Shown: positions 35,908 to 49,786 of the stretch, piece after piece
Numbering within the stretch: the first letter of the stretch is position 1
Layout: each line of letters starts with the position of its first letter
NCBI RefSeq assembly: GCF_006345805.1
Contig: NC_042997.1
Span: 44,888,001 to 44,952,000 of the forward strand
DNA from: Octopus sinensis
Lineage: Eukaryota
Length of the DNA: 64,000 nucleotides
Reading direction: 5' to 3'
Notes under the pieces: model-generated
What the model saw: the letters and a program-made list of their open reading frames with translations, nothing else
Told to the model about the DNA's origin: nothing
Database searches by the model: none
Program-made: the position numbers and the translations under genes

Positions 35908-38900
35908 GTTCAGTGCAGTGGCATAAAATGCCTACACATAGTTAAGCAGAAAGGAAATACATTGTATTGAAATATGAACCTTCAAACTTTTCATACAATC
36001 ATTTTATTCGGCAGTATTATTTAACATATTCATGAAGAAAAAAAGAAAAATAGAAACAGGATGGGGTTGTGAGATTGATAAGAACAAAACACAATTGTGA
36101 TCATAATATGTATATTTCCTCTTGAAAGAGTAATTGTGGCTTATTTATCCTTGTAAAAAGCTATATCCTCTTTAGTGAATTTAGTTATTGTTGCTTATAT
36201 AATAACTAACAAGGGTAATATTGGTTCCAAATTTTAGCACAAAGCCAGCAAGTTTGGGGGAGAGGAAATTCGATTACATCAACCCCAGTGCTCAACTGGT
36301 ACTTATTTTATTGAGGATGAAAGGTAAAGTTGAACTTAGACTGTAGAGATGGATGAAATGTTGCTAAGCATTTTGCCCGGCATGCTAACAATTCTGCCAG
36401 CCTGCTGTCTCTAACAAGGGAAGAGAAAATAGCAAGAATAGTAGGGGTTTCAGCTTTTATTTTTGTATTTGTCAGAAGTGGAAGAGAAGAGGTCATTTTT
36501 GTTATAGGCCTTTTCAAACTTGTCTTATTTTCTTTTCTATTTTACTTGCTGGGTTGCAAGACAAATTCTTCAAACAGAGCCAACTGGGAGGGAGACCTAG
36601 GGGTAGACCAAGCGTGAGATGGGTGAATAATACCCATAGTCTCAGTTGGTTATGCTTAAGAACCCAGTAGGATGGTTGCTTCTGATAGGACCCTATCCTA
36701 TCAGTACTTGAGGACTCTATATCCCCTCCAAGGAATAGTGGTTGGTGAAGATGGCTGGATGAGTTTAGGGAAATGAGCAGAGCCCATGGCCTACATTAGT
36801 CCTTTGAGACCAGTGAGATTGATGGACATAACATTTCACTTAAACTGTTGCAAGTCATCATCTGCTGGAAAGACATGGAAGGGAGTTCAAGAAGGTTTTA
36901 TTCCTGGGAATAAAAGATTATGAGGTTAGTAAGGGACTTGGATATACGAAATGTATGAAATGGAATTACAGATATCATATGCTTGTACGGGATAATATTT
37001 ACAAAGGGTCACAATGAAATTTAGACAGCATTGAGAAAGTAGCTAACATAATGTTGAAAAATAACACATGATTAATAAGAGTGGGATTGATCTGAGATCA
37101 ATTAGAAATGTGTATTGGCATAACTGTGCAGTCAAGAAGTTTGCTTTACAGCTGCACGGTTCAGTCCTATTGTATGTATCTTCAATTATGATCTCAGGTT
37201 GCCTTGTGAGTGAATTTTATAAGTGGAAATTGAGTGGAAGCTTGTCAAAGGAATCATTCATGTTGTTAAGTGGTGGACTTAATCCATCACTCAGTGTAAC
37301 AATCTAGTCTAGTGGTTCCTCCCTAGGAAGTCCACAAATCTAGTATTGGGAAGGGACTCTGTGAACTAAGTTTAACAGTTCAAGAGGATGCACAGTAAGA
37401 CTGATAAAGATAAACTTTCGAGAATTCAAAGTCAAAAAGTGTATTTGGAAACAAAAAGTTTATAAGGAATTACAGGCTCAAATTCTTTGTCCCTAAATTA
37501 TCGACATTACACAGATAACTTCACAAAGGGAGATAGGAACTAAATATTCAGTGAATTTTACTGATACTATCTGTTTTGGAGGATATAAAAGTGGTTTCTC
37601 TGAACTGATGTCTTGATTCTAGTGAATCTTTCTTTTAAGGGCTTTGCATGAGGATGGTAGGGTGTACCTCTTCCGTGTTGTACTCACTGATATTCTAAAC
37701 ACTCTTTAAACTTACAACTGATAAATTGTGGATCATTGTAAGAAATATTTCCGTTTTTTGAAATTCCATGCAGATGATCATATGATGAGTTTCAGTGACT
37801 TTTTGAGAAACATTCTCTGAACAATGAGATAATACTGTATCTACATTCTTAATGTTTCTCTGAAGTTTAACAGACACATGAAATCTACATGTAGTTCTCA
37901 CATGTCTAAGTATTATAAACATTACCAAGGATTCTAGTAACTCATGCAGTTCAAGTGACATACATATCAGACAATTCCTAATTTTTGACTTATGTTTTTG
38001 ACAAAGTTGTGCTACCATTATTTAATCCTTCTTTGTTTTTATGTTTCCCATTCTAGCATGGCACTCATAAGTAATGTCTAAAACTTTTGGTCTTGATATA
38101 AAAAGAATGAGAATTTAATTTCTTCATAGAATGATACTTAATTCCTTGGTAAGCTCTTGTTTTATAGGCAAATATGTTTAAATAGTTGAATTTTTCTAGT
38201 TACCAATTCACAATTTATGTAATGGAATCCTCATCTGAATGTTTTAACAAATGAGATAAAGCCATGGCTTTGAGAATCACGTTTGAAATTACAAAAATGA
38301 CATCTCATTTATGATAATTATTCTTTGTTAACATATTCTGTTGTTGTTGTTGCCAACCCCCTTTGCTTGTGAAGACATGTTGGGGCAAGCGAAATCGAAA
38401 TCGAATTGAACCAGCCAGGATCCCTGGTCTGGTGGTACGTAAAAAGCACTATCCGACTCGTGGCCGATGCCAGCACCGCCTCGACTGGCTTCCGTGCCGG
38501 TGGCACATAAAATACACCAATCTGACCGTGGCCGTTGCCAGCCCCGCCTGGCACCTGTGCAGGTGGCACGTAAAAAGCACCCACTACACTCACGGAGTGG
38601 TTGGCGTTAGGAAGGGCATCCAGCTGTAGAAACATTGCCAAATTAGACTGGAGCCTGGTGCAGCCTTCTGGCTTCCCAGAACCCCGGTCGAACCGTCCAA
38701 CCCATGCTAGCATGGAGAACGGACGTTAAACGACGATGATGATGATGATGTAACAAACTGATATGACAGTACAATTACTGGAGTGTAATTGCTGTTTATA
38801 AACAGTAGTCTAAGAAGCAAGATCTGGCTAGATTGAGTATAAAACAGGAAGGCTATTTGGGCCGGAGATGGCCAGTTTAAATACTAAAAAATTAAAGAAA

Positions 38901-40299
38901 GAATCAACCATTTTGATCCCATTTCATCTGTTTAGCCAATATACCTTTTATCATTTACTTATTTCAGACAGACTGCAGCCATGCTGGGGAACCACCTTCA
39001 AGAATTTTATTCAAATGAATTACCCCCGTACTTGTTTGTTGAAAACCTGATACTTGTTCTATTGACCTCTTTTTGCTGAACCACTAAGTTACAGGGATGT
39101 CAACACACCAACAATGGTTATCAAACGGTGGTGATGATCAAACTGACACAAAGACATTACACACATAGATACATATATGTATTTATGTTGTATACAATGG
39201 ACTACTTTCAGTTTCTATCTCCCAAATCCATTCACAAGGCTTTGGTTGGCTTGAAGCTATAGTAGAAGACATTTGCCAAAGGTGCCATGCAGTAAGTTTG
39301 AACCCAGAACCATGAGGTTGGGGAGCAAGCTTCTTGTCAAACAACCATGCCAGTGCCTATATCTATATCTCTTAAACATATTTGGAAATTTCATAACAAA
39401 AGATGGTTTAATCCTAACTTGAATTCCTGAGGTTGATAGAGCAACAAGACAAGAGGACAATTTCTAGAAATAATAGTAAAAAGAAAAAAGAAGAAAAAAA
39501 AGCTTTTCTCTTTGTTTAAAGAAACTTCAAGGCAGTCACTCTACATATTGGAAATAGCAGCCAAATCTCTCTCAAATTATACCCTATTATATTAAAAAAG
39601 GCAAACTAAATGAATAACGTAGTCTTAGATACACTATTACTAAAATGAAGACGAGGTGGTCACAACTGGAAGGCCTTTTAGCATATATAGATCTGCCCAA
39701 TCAAAACTGATCTAGGGCTAAGCAATAGCAACTGTAATAACATACATTATTTACTTGGACAAAGAATTTTTCATCATAAAACCGTCCCAAATACAAAGAT
39801 TTAGAAGCAGAAATATGAAAACTTGGGCTCATAAAAATAAAGACAATCCCAGTTGCAATCTTTGCTTTTCTTAGGAAAGAAAAAAAAAAAAAGAGACAAC
39901 AAGAAGATCCTGTTACCAACTAAATAAATACTTTATTAATACTATCCACTCCTTTATAGAACAATGCTGGTGGCAAAACTTGTTGTGTCGTGTTATGATA
40001 TACTTTGCATTAAAAGGAATAAGGGGGAAAAAATCTACTTGATAAACCATTATCTCTTTTGGTACTAACTTGCTTGAGCCTGCCTCTGTCTGCATGTAAT
40101 AAAAAATGCTTGTTCATAATAAGATTTTAATTTTCCATTATAATTTTGTGTTAAACTTTTTGCTAAGTTATATTCCAAACACCAAATTAATAATGACTAA
40201 GTGTAGTAAATGAATCCCACCAAGTAATATGATTGTTTTCAAATCAATTGAGCCATATAGACAGAAATATGGTCATGGAAAGGTTAAAGTTATATTATA

Positions 40300-40684
40300 C
40301 TAGCAGTATCGCCCGGCGTTGCTCGGGTTTGTAAGGGAAATAACTATATAAGCATTTTTAGAGAGTTATAGCCAAAAAATAGCAAAAAAATGCATTAAAA
40401 ATGGAAAAAAAATGATGGTAAATTTTTTTTAAAATCGTTGACTCATCGTAGACATTTTTAAAGAGTTACTTCCCTTATATAATATCGAAAAAAATGCATT
40501 AAAATTGAAAAAAATGATGGTAAATTTTTTTTAAAATCGTAGACTCATCGTAGACACGCGCTAATACTCAGAAGGGCTCGATATGAATCACGACTATAAG
40601 ATACCCGGTTTTGGTTACAGCAAAATGTGGGAGTAGTTAGGAATCTAGGAGACAGACACACAACTTGACTTTTATATATAAAGA
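40300..40684 (-). mobile_element. Non-autonomous Helitron-like element
   Basis: ctagcagtatcgcccggcgttgctcggg end (hairpin + CTAG on minus strand) and ...tatataaaga|t other end; internal duplication. More degenerate relatives at ~48160-48535 and ~56886-57222. Confidence 0.65.
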
Positions 40685-41166
40685 TTACGGGGAAATAAAT
40701 TTGAAATTTGTGACAGAAATTTGTAAAGTGTGATATTTTTAATTGGAAGCTGAGATTAAATAACGTAGCACAAGGCAAATAAAAAAAGAAAAAAAAACAA
40801 ACAAAAGAAACTATGATGTAGAGCGGAGGTAGATGAAATTAAATTGTATTTGAATAGCATCTAGTTTATACAGCCTGAGACTATGAGAGTTGATGTCAGC
40901 TCTGATAGGATGTCAGCTGAGCAATTAAAATTGATCTAATTAAAAATCACAAAATGTTATTTTGTTTGGAACTCAACTTCCATTTTAAATATGTTGGAAT
41001 TTGAACCTATGGTTCTGAAGAGCCTGGAGTCTCAAACCAGTGCCACAGTCCACTAAGCTGGCTGAACTGTTAACACGTTGGACAAAGTGCTAAGTGGCAC
41101 TGCTTCTGGGTCTTTACATTAGTATATATCATCATCATTTAACATCTATGTTAAATGATGATGCAG

Positions 41167-41352
41167 GGGCAGGAGTGGCTGTGTGGTAAGTAGCTTGCTA
41201 ACCAACCACATGGTTCCGGGTTCAGTCCCACTGCCTGGCATCTTGGGCAAGTGTCTTCTGCTATAGCCCCAGGCCAACCAATGCCTTGTGAGTGGATTTG
41301 GTAGACGGAAACTGAAAGAAGCCTGTCGTATATATGTGTATATATATATATG

Positions 41353-41397
<45 letters not shown>

Positions 41398-41626
41398 GTG
41401 TATATGTTTGTGTGTCTGTGTTTGTCCCCCCCCCCAATATCGCTTGACAGCCGATGCTGGTGTGTTTACGTCCCCGTCACTTAGCGGTTCGGCAAAAGGA
41501 GACCGATGGAATAAGTACTGGGCTTACAAAAAGAATAAGTCCCGAGGTCGAGATGCTCGATTAAAGGTGGTGCTCCAGCATGGCCGCAGTCAAATGACTG
41601 AAACAAGTAAAAGAGTAAAGAGAGAG
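41167..41626 (+). mobile_element. SINE family A copy
   Basis: Same consensus; other plus copies at ~54531-54948 and, partial, ~57580-57820. Confidence 0.85.
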
Positions 41627-42147
41627 AGTTCCATACTGGCCTTGGTTGTATGATTTAAGAGGATCCAACAGGCTTGAGGACTGCATTGTGCTTTTCTGTC
41701 TATTCTGGCATGGTTTTTACAGCTAGATGCTCCAGCCACTTTGCCACATGTACTAGATGCTTTTCTTGTGGCACCAGCACGAGTGAAGTTGCCAAGCAGC
41801 TTACATGATTACAAACCCCCAAGAGAAGTGATTTTACACAAAGAGAGGAGGGTTTAATGTACGAGAGAAGGGGCCAGAGCAGAATAGGTTTCTTACTGTA
41901 GAAGAGAGAGTGGGAATGAATGGAGTGGAGTTAGGAAGAAATTAAAATAAAATAGTGATCATATATGTTTGATAGGCTTCTTCCAGTTGTCAGTTGCCAA
42001 ATTTACAACACTTTGGTTGGCTTGAGTCACTGGTAGAAGACATTTGCTTGAGGTGCTGCACGGTGGTACTGAACTTAATGTAATATAGTTGGGGAAACTA
42101 AACATATGTATGTAGAGAGTGTTAGAAGTGGCGTACAGATACTGTAT

Positions 42148-42603
42148 ATTGAGAGAAAAAGGAGGTTGCCAGAATTTTGGAAAAATTCTTTTATTTATTC
42201 CTTATTATTAGCGCTTTCGTTCACTTTCAAACTTGTCAAATAAAATTATTCATTTATATAAATCAGGTGTTTTTTTTTGTTTTGTTTAGTTGAGGAGAAC
42301 ATTGTTTTTTTGGTTTTTTTGGGTGAGATTCCATGACAATAGAGATTGATAGGTAGGTAGATAGATAGATAGATAAATAGATAGAAAGATAGATAGATAG
42401 ATAGACAGACAGATAGGTAGAGAGAGAGAGAGGAATTTCTTTTCAATTTGGCATGTATTTACCATTGCATAGCTATATCATGTCAATAGCTATATAATGG
42501 TAAATAACTAAATAAATGAATGGTAAATACATGCCAAATTAAAAAAAAGAAATCTCTCCCTCCTCCCTCTCTCTACCTATCTATGCATCTATCTATCTAT
42601 CTA

Positions 42604-42637
<34 letters not shown>

Positions 42638-42832
42638 CATCTATCCATCTATCTATCTATCTACCTATCTACCCATCTATCTATCAATCTCCATTGTCCT
42701 GGAGCCTCAACCCCAAAAAACAAAAATAATGTTCTCAAAAAACAAAAAACACCTGATTTTCTATAAATGAGCAACCTGTTTGTACATTCACAATTTAAAT
42801 TGACAAGTTTGAAAACAAAAGAAAGTGCTAAT

Positions 42833-42864
<32 letters not shown>

Positions 42865-42899
42865 CTTTCCAAAATTCTGGCAACCTCCTTTTTCTCAAT
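42148..42899. repeat. ~750-bp imperfect palindrome containing (GATA)n/(TATC)n arms and hammerhead motifs
   Basis: Outer attgagagaaaaaggaggttgccagaattttgg pairs with ccaaaattctggcaacctcctttttctcaat; inner 22-bp perfect pair 42445-42466/42519-42540 around a 52-nt spacer. Confidence 0.88.
42205..42243 (-). ncRNA. Minimal type I hammerhead-ribozyme motif (Penelope-type), U3-A8 core variant
   Basis: Minus strand TTAT-TTGACAA-GTTT GAAAGT GAAC-GAA-AGCGCT-A-ATAA: helix I TTAT/ATAA, G10.1-C11.1 helix II, palindromic helix III AGCGCT, CUA triplet. Confidence 0.62.
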
Positions 42900-43056
42900 G
42901 TGTGTGTATGTATGTATGTATGTATGTATGTATGTATGTATGTATGTATGTATGTATGTATATGAGTATGAGTATATACACTCATATGTATATGTATATG
43001 TTTTATTATGGGTATATACCCACACCTTTATAAGTATATATGTAATCTAATTTGTA

Positions 43057-43183
43057 ATCTCCGAAGAAGCCTTAGGATGTTTTTGTAAATGTCTCATTTA
43101 TAACTACATATTGACCTACCATAAATGGCTAATATGAGTTGAATGAGACATGCTTATCTACATGGCCGAAACAGCTGTAAGAT
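43057..43183 (+). ncRNA. Type I hammerhead-ribozyme motif with extended helix II (Penelope-type), U4C core variant
   Basis: ATCT-CCGAAGA-AGCC...(~90 nt, internally self-complementary: atgtctcatt/aatgagacat, catatt/aatatg)...GGCC-GAA-ACAGCTGT-A-AGAT. Palindromic helix III ACAGCTGT, GUA triplet, helix I ATCT/AGAT. Confidence 0.65.
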
Positions 43184-43543
43184 ATAGTCTATATTTATAT
43201 TTATGTGTACTTATATTTATGTTCTATTATACGTACTCTACTTATTGTATAACATTACTATTTTATGTACACTCCTTCATGTACACTGTTTTACCCTACA
43301 TTATTATGTTTAACCTTATAGTTTCTTATGTAGTGGTTTAATATAGCATGTGATTGAGTATTATCTGGTAATTGATATTTGATTTCGATGTATTTCTCCA
43401 TTTTCTTATTTTGTATATATATATTATATATATATATATATATATACATACATATGTATATTTATATATATATATATTGTAGGCAACCAACCAAAATGTT
43501 GCAAGAAAATTTGGTACACAGAAACTGAAAGAAGCTTATCATA

Positions 43544-43577
<34 letters not shown>

Positions 43578-43736
43578 CATGTGTATATGTCTCCTTTCCT
43601 AGACATCATCTGATCATTGTGGACAGACTCCACCCTCAAATAGGAAGTATTGTTTGTTTGCAATATTAAATCATGTTTGGCCGTTGTGCTGTTTGTGTGC
43701 TTAGGAGTGGAGGAATATTACCTTGCTTGGTAACGA

Positions 43737-43795
<59 letters not shown>

Positions 43796-43823
43796 TATAT
43801 ATACATACACACATACACACAAA

Positions 43824-44032
43824 CATGGCAGAAGTAAATATCAAGTGGAGAAAAGATTGGGCCAGAGAGATGGTAGAGAGGCCACTAGCATTTTAGAACA
43901 CTGTCATATTCTCTGATGAGTCCAGATTTGCTGTAATTTCACATTATAATAATTAATTAATAATTTGAAGCAATATTTTCATAATTAAATAAATTTTAAT
44001 GATTATAAGGATGTCTATTTACTTCTGTCATG
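43824..44032 (+). mobile_element. Tc1-like deletion derivative
   Basis: Inverted ends catggcagaagtaaata / tatttacttctgtcatg; internal frame RKDWAREMVERPLAF*NTVIFSDESRF (Tc1 first catalytic-Asp motif). Confidence 0.75.
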
Positions 44033-46879
44033 TGTGTGCGTGTATGTGTGCATGTGTGTATATATATATATATATCTGGCAGTGTCTGACTGGGCCTGAC
44101 GAAGCCTTCCAGCTTCACAGACCCCAGTTGAACCGTCCAACCCATGCTAGCATGGAAAGCGGACGCTAAATGATGATGATGATGATGATGATGATATATA
44201 TATATATACTCTCTCTCTCTTTAACTCTTTTACTTGTTTCAGTCATTTGACTGCGGCCATGCTGGAGCACCGCCTTTAGTCGAGCAAATCGACCCGGGAC
44301 TTATTCTTTGTAGCCCAGTACTTATTCTATCGGTCTCTTTTGCCAAACCGCTAAGTGACGGGGACGTAAACACACCAGCATCGGTTGTCAAGCAATGCTA
44401 GGGAGACAAACACTGGCACACAAACACATACACACACATACATATATATATATACATATATACGACAGGCTTCTTTCAGTTTCCGTCAACCAATTCCACT
44501 CACAAGGCATTGGTTGGCCCGGGGCTATAGCAGAAGACACTTGCCCAAGATGCCATGCATTGGGACTGAACCCGGAACCATGTGGTTGGTTAGTAAGCTA
44601 CTTACCACACAGCCACACATGCCACCTCCACATGTGCCAGGGATGTCTGGCATCGGCCACGATCAGTTGGTGCTTTTAACGTGCCACCGGCACGGGAGCC
44701 AACCATGGCGGTGCTGGCATCGGCCATGTTCGGATGGTGCTTTTTGAGTGCCACTGGCACAGAAGCCAGTCGAGGCGGCGCTGGCGACGGCCACGTTCGG
44801 ATGGTGCATTTTATGTGCCACGTCGGAACATTAACAGCTGGTCCCCTTTCGTCACTGCTTTGCTTTATCCCATTCAGATGTAGACAATAATCTATCGACA
44901 AGCTTGTGGTTCGTCTAGCTCAACACACTGTGGCATTTCTACCTCGCACACTACCACTTCAAAACTTATTGGATATTTTAGATTTGCAGCCAAGTACCGG
45001 AGCTAACTTCCTTGATGTGCATTAAGGAATTAACTCATAGCCCCTACACCCTATTGTCTTGTATGCTTACCTCTGTCGTGCTGGCTACTTCATGTGTGAG
45101 CAAGGAGTAAATTATGTTTGTTAACCAAAAGCATTACCTTCTGGTTTTTATCGTTACCTTCATGTAAAACATGCATTTATACATTTCAGACCTTCTTACG
45201 TGCACACATTTAACTATACTTCCTAAACTGGTAAAGCCCAACTCTTAATTTACCTTACAAATGTAATGTAATCAAATCACCTCCTCAGTGCATATAACAA
45301 AAAAATATTTTCCCTGTGAATGGAAATGGGGAAGCACTCCGTCGGTTACGACGATGAGGGTTCCGGTTGATCCGAATCAACGGAACAGCCTGCTCGTGAA
45401 ATTAACGTGTAAGTGGCTGAGCACTCCACAGACACACGTACCCTTAACGTAGTTCTCTGAGATATTCAGCGTGACACAGAGAGTGACAAGGCCGGCCCCT
45501 TGAAATACAGGTACAACAGAAACAGGAAGTAAGAGTGAGAGAAAGTTGTGGTGAAAGAGTACAGCAGGGATCACCACCATCCCCTGCCGGATCCTCGTGG
45601 AGCTTTAGGTGTTTTCGCTCAATAAACACTCACAACACCTGGTCTGGGAATCGAAACCGCGATCCTACGACCGCGAGTCCGCTGCCCTAACCACTGGGCC
45701 ATTGCGCCTCCTCCCTGTGAATACTGAGGAGGTGGATGAACTGAATTATGCTAATTGGGCTAATTGCCTTACTTCATAAAGATAGTAATTTTACTGAAAC
45801 ACAATGGTTTACACAACTTGAAATACATTTTCTGTGTTTATTACTTCTATAGCATGGCTCAGACTCTGCACACCATCCTATCTGAGCTTTGGCAGCCTTT
45901 GTCTGACTGTGCTGTGCAAAGCGATGTGGTTGGGAAGCAAGCTTCTTATACACACAGCCATGTCTGTGTCTGCTGACATATATCTGCACTCGTTACCATA
46001 CTCGTGCCAATTGCTATGCCTATAATATATATCATCTTCCTCATTATTCCATGTATTCCATGCTGGCATGGACTGGATAATTTGACAGGATTCGACGAGC
46101 ATGACGGCTATGCTAGTCTCTATCATCTGCTTTGACAAGATTTCTATGGGTGGATGCCTCCCTCATAATGCAAACCACTTTGCAGAGTGTACTGAATGCA
46201 TGTTACATGGGACGTTGGGATGGGTGGTAAGAGGGGGTGGTTCCAAGAAGAGGATTCACTGATAGCACAAAAAAAAGGAAGGAATATGTGCAGTTCAGCT
46301 CTCATTTAATTACAGCAGCTGAGCAAAAGTGCTCTACTTAGAGATGTGAGGAAATAATGGGTGTTATGAGGAGGAGTAACTGGGAGGGTTTGGCAGGTAC
46401 AGATTGGTTGCAAATAGTATAGACATTCATGATATGCTTTTAGGATACTCTCTTTTACTCTTTTACTTGTTTCAGTCATTTGACTGCGGCCATGCTGGAG
46501 CACCGCCTTTAATCGAGCAACTCGACCCCGGGACTTATTCTTTTGTAAGCCCAGTACTTATTTTATAGGTCTCTTTTTGCCGAACCGCTAAGTAACGGGG
46601 ACGTAAACACACCAGCATCGGTTGTCAAGTAATGCTAGGGGGACAAACACAGACACACAAACAAACACACATACATACATATATATACATATATACGACA
46701 GGCTTCTTTCAGTTTCCGTCTACCAAATCCACTCACAAGGCATTGGTCGGCCCGGGGCTATAGCAGAAGACACTTGCCCAAGATGCCACGCAGTGGGACT
46801 GAACCCGGAACCATGTGGTTGGTCTCATTTTTTTTTTTTTTTTTTTGCTGAGATAGATAACTCTGGTAGAACGTAGCAA

Positions 46880-48120
<1,241 letters not shown>

Positions 48121-48540
48121 ATAATTCACTGCTGCCTACATTCTTTGAATCCTTCCAAACCTGCCAGTATAGCCCGGTGTTGCTCGGGTTTGTTTTCTTT
48201 TTGACCCTTTAGAATTGGAATTTTTTAAAAGTAAAACTTTTGCATTAAGTGAACATTTTTCTGGTTGAAATACACCAGAAAATGGTGACACAGCAGTAAA
48301 AAGAAATCGTAAAAAATAAGGATTTTCATAGAAAAAATGCACCTTTTTGATGTAAATAATTTTTGGTCTTAACATGGTCTGATTTGAATTTTTTCTTCTA
48401 CGGAATGAAGGACAAGCCTTCTTCTATCATACTTTCAATTTTGGTCAACTTGCACCACAGGGTCTTAGAGGAAGATGTATTAGTTGAAGGCTACCAAACC
48501 TGCCACACACACAGACAACTTCAGCTTTATATATTATATA

Positions 48541-48605
<65 letters not shown>

Positions 48606-49750
48606 TGAGGAGAGAGAAACCTATAAACATATATGTACAAACACACACATACATAGTTCTAAAATGAAGAATAATGAATTTACAGAATGAGAGAAATCAC
48701 ATATATTGAAAATAATATAGAACCTAAAATATTTCATAGAATTTAGAAAATAGGTAAAATAAAATACACATACACAAAATAAAAATTATCAAAATTAACT
48801 CAATGAAATATAAATCAAGAAGGAATTAAGCTTAACAAAATAATGAATAAATAACAAAAGAAGCTTGAAAAGTATAAATAAAATACATAAAAATAAAAGT
48901 CTGCTCTGTTGTAAAAATGAATCGTTAGGCAGAGAGTCTTGTATTTTAGTGGAAGGGCACAGTCAATGTAATTGACTCCAACATTTGGGTAGCGTACTTA
49001 TCAAACCCAGAAGAATGACAAGCAAATTCAACAATGGTAGGAAATGGTAAAATATTATAAGGTGTTTTATCTGGTACTCACTCTGTCAATTTCTGCCAAA
49101 GTGACACTTTGGATATGAACGGAAATATATAACCAAACAAAATGACAAGATTGAATAATCATAATATTAATAAAAATAAAGATAAAACAAGGAAATAAAA
49201 CAAAAAATTGAAAACAAAAAGAAATATAAAGAAAAATGAAGAAAAAAGAAAACAAAGATAGTGGTGTTACTGGGGCAGGGCAGGGGTGGGTGTTGATTTA
49301 TCAAAAATGCTAAGGGAAAAAGGAATCTTTTGTGAGCCCCAAGCTCTTGACGTAAATGTCTGTTTCTTTTCTTGAGACAGGGAGAAAAGTAGAGGGTGAG
49401 AGATAGATAGAGAGACAGAGAAGGTAAAAGTGATTGGAAGAGAGAAAGGGTAGAGGAATTGAGAACTATATATGTCTAGGCAATTAAAAAAAAGGACTAG
49501 GAAGTTGGCAATCTTTTACTTTTGCTAAGTAAGTCAAAAGGCATGCAAAAAAATCTAGATTAAATCATTACAGAAACGTGAGCCAGGCAAGCAAAAAACA
49601 ATGTATGCCTAAGAATTGTGATAGTGAATCAAAGCATGTTCTGTGAGTATGCATATTAGTAGAAGCTGCATGTTCTATAGAATTAAAGTAAGAAAATATA
49701 CTGGCCAAATGTATAAGTAAATATAGAGATATGTGTATGTATATATAAAC

Positions 49751-49786
<36 letters not shown>

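Noticed and set aside
37695-38018. 107-aa ORF as a hAT-like transposase
   Set aside because: Only vague resemblance; no catalytic motif or TIRs identified.
40070-40089. 20-nt micro-exon with good-looking splice sites
   Set aside because: Not 3n, and lies in the degenerate end of a piggyBac-type MITE copy.
43905-43935. CTGATGAG hammerhead start
   Set aside because: No GAAA or helix III follows; it is the codons for SDESRF of a Tc1 transposase relic.
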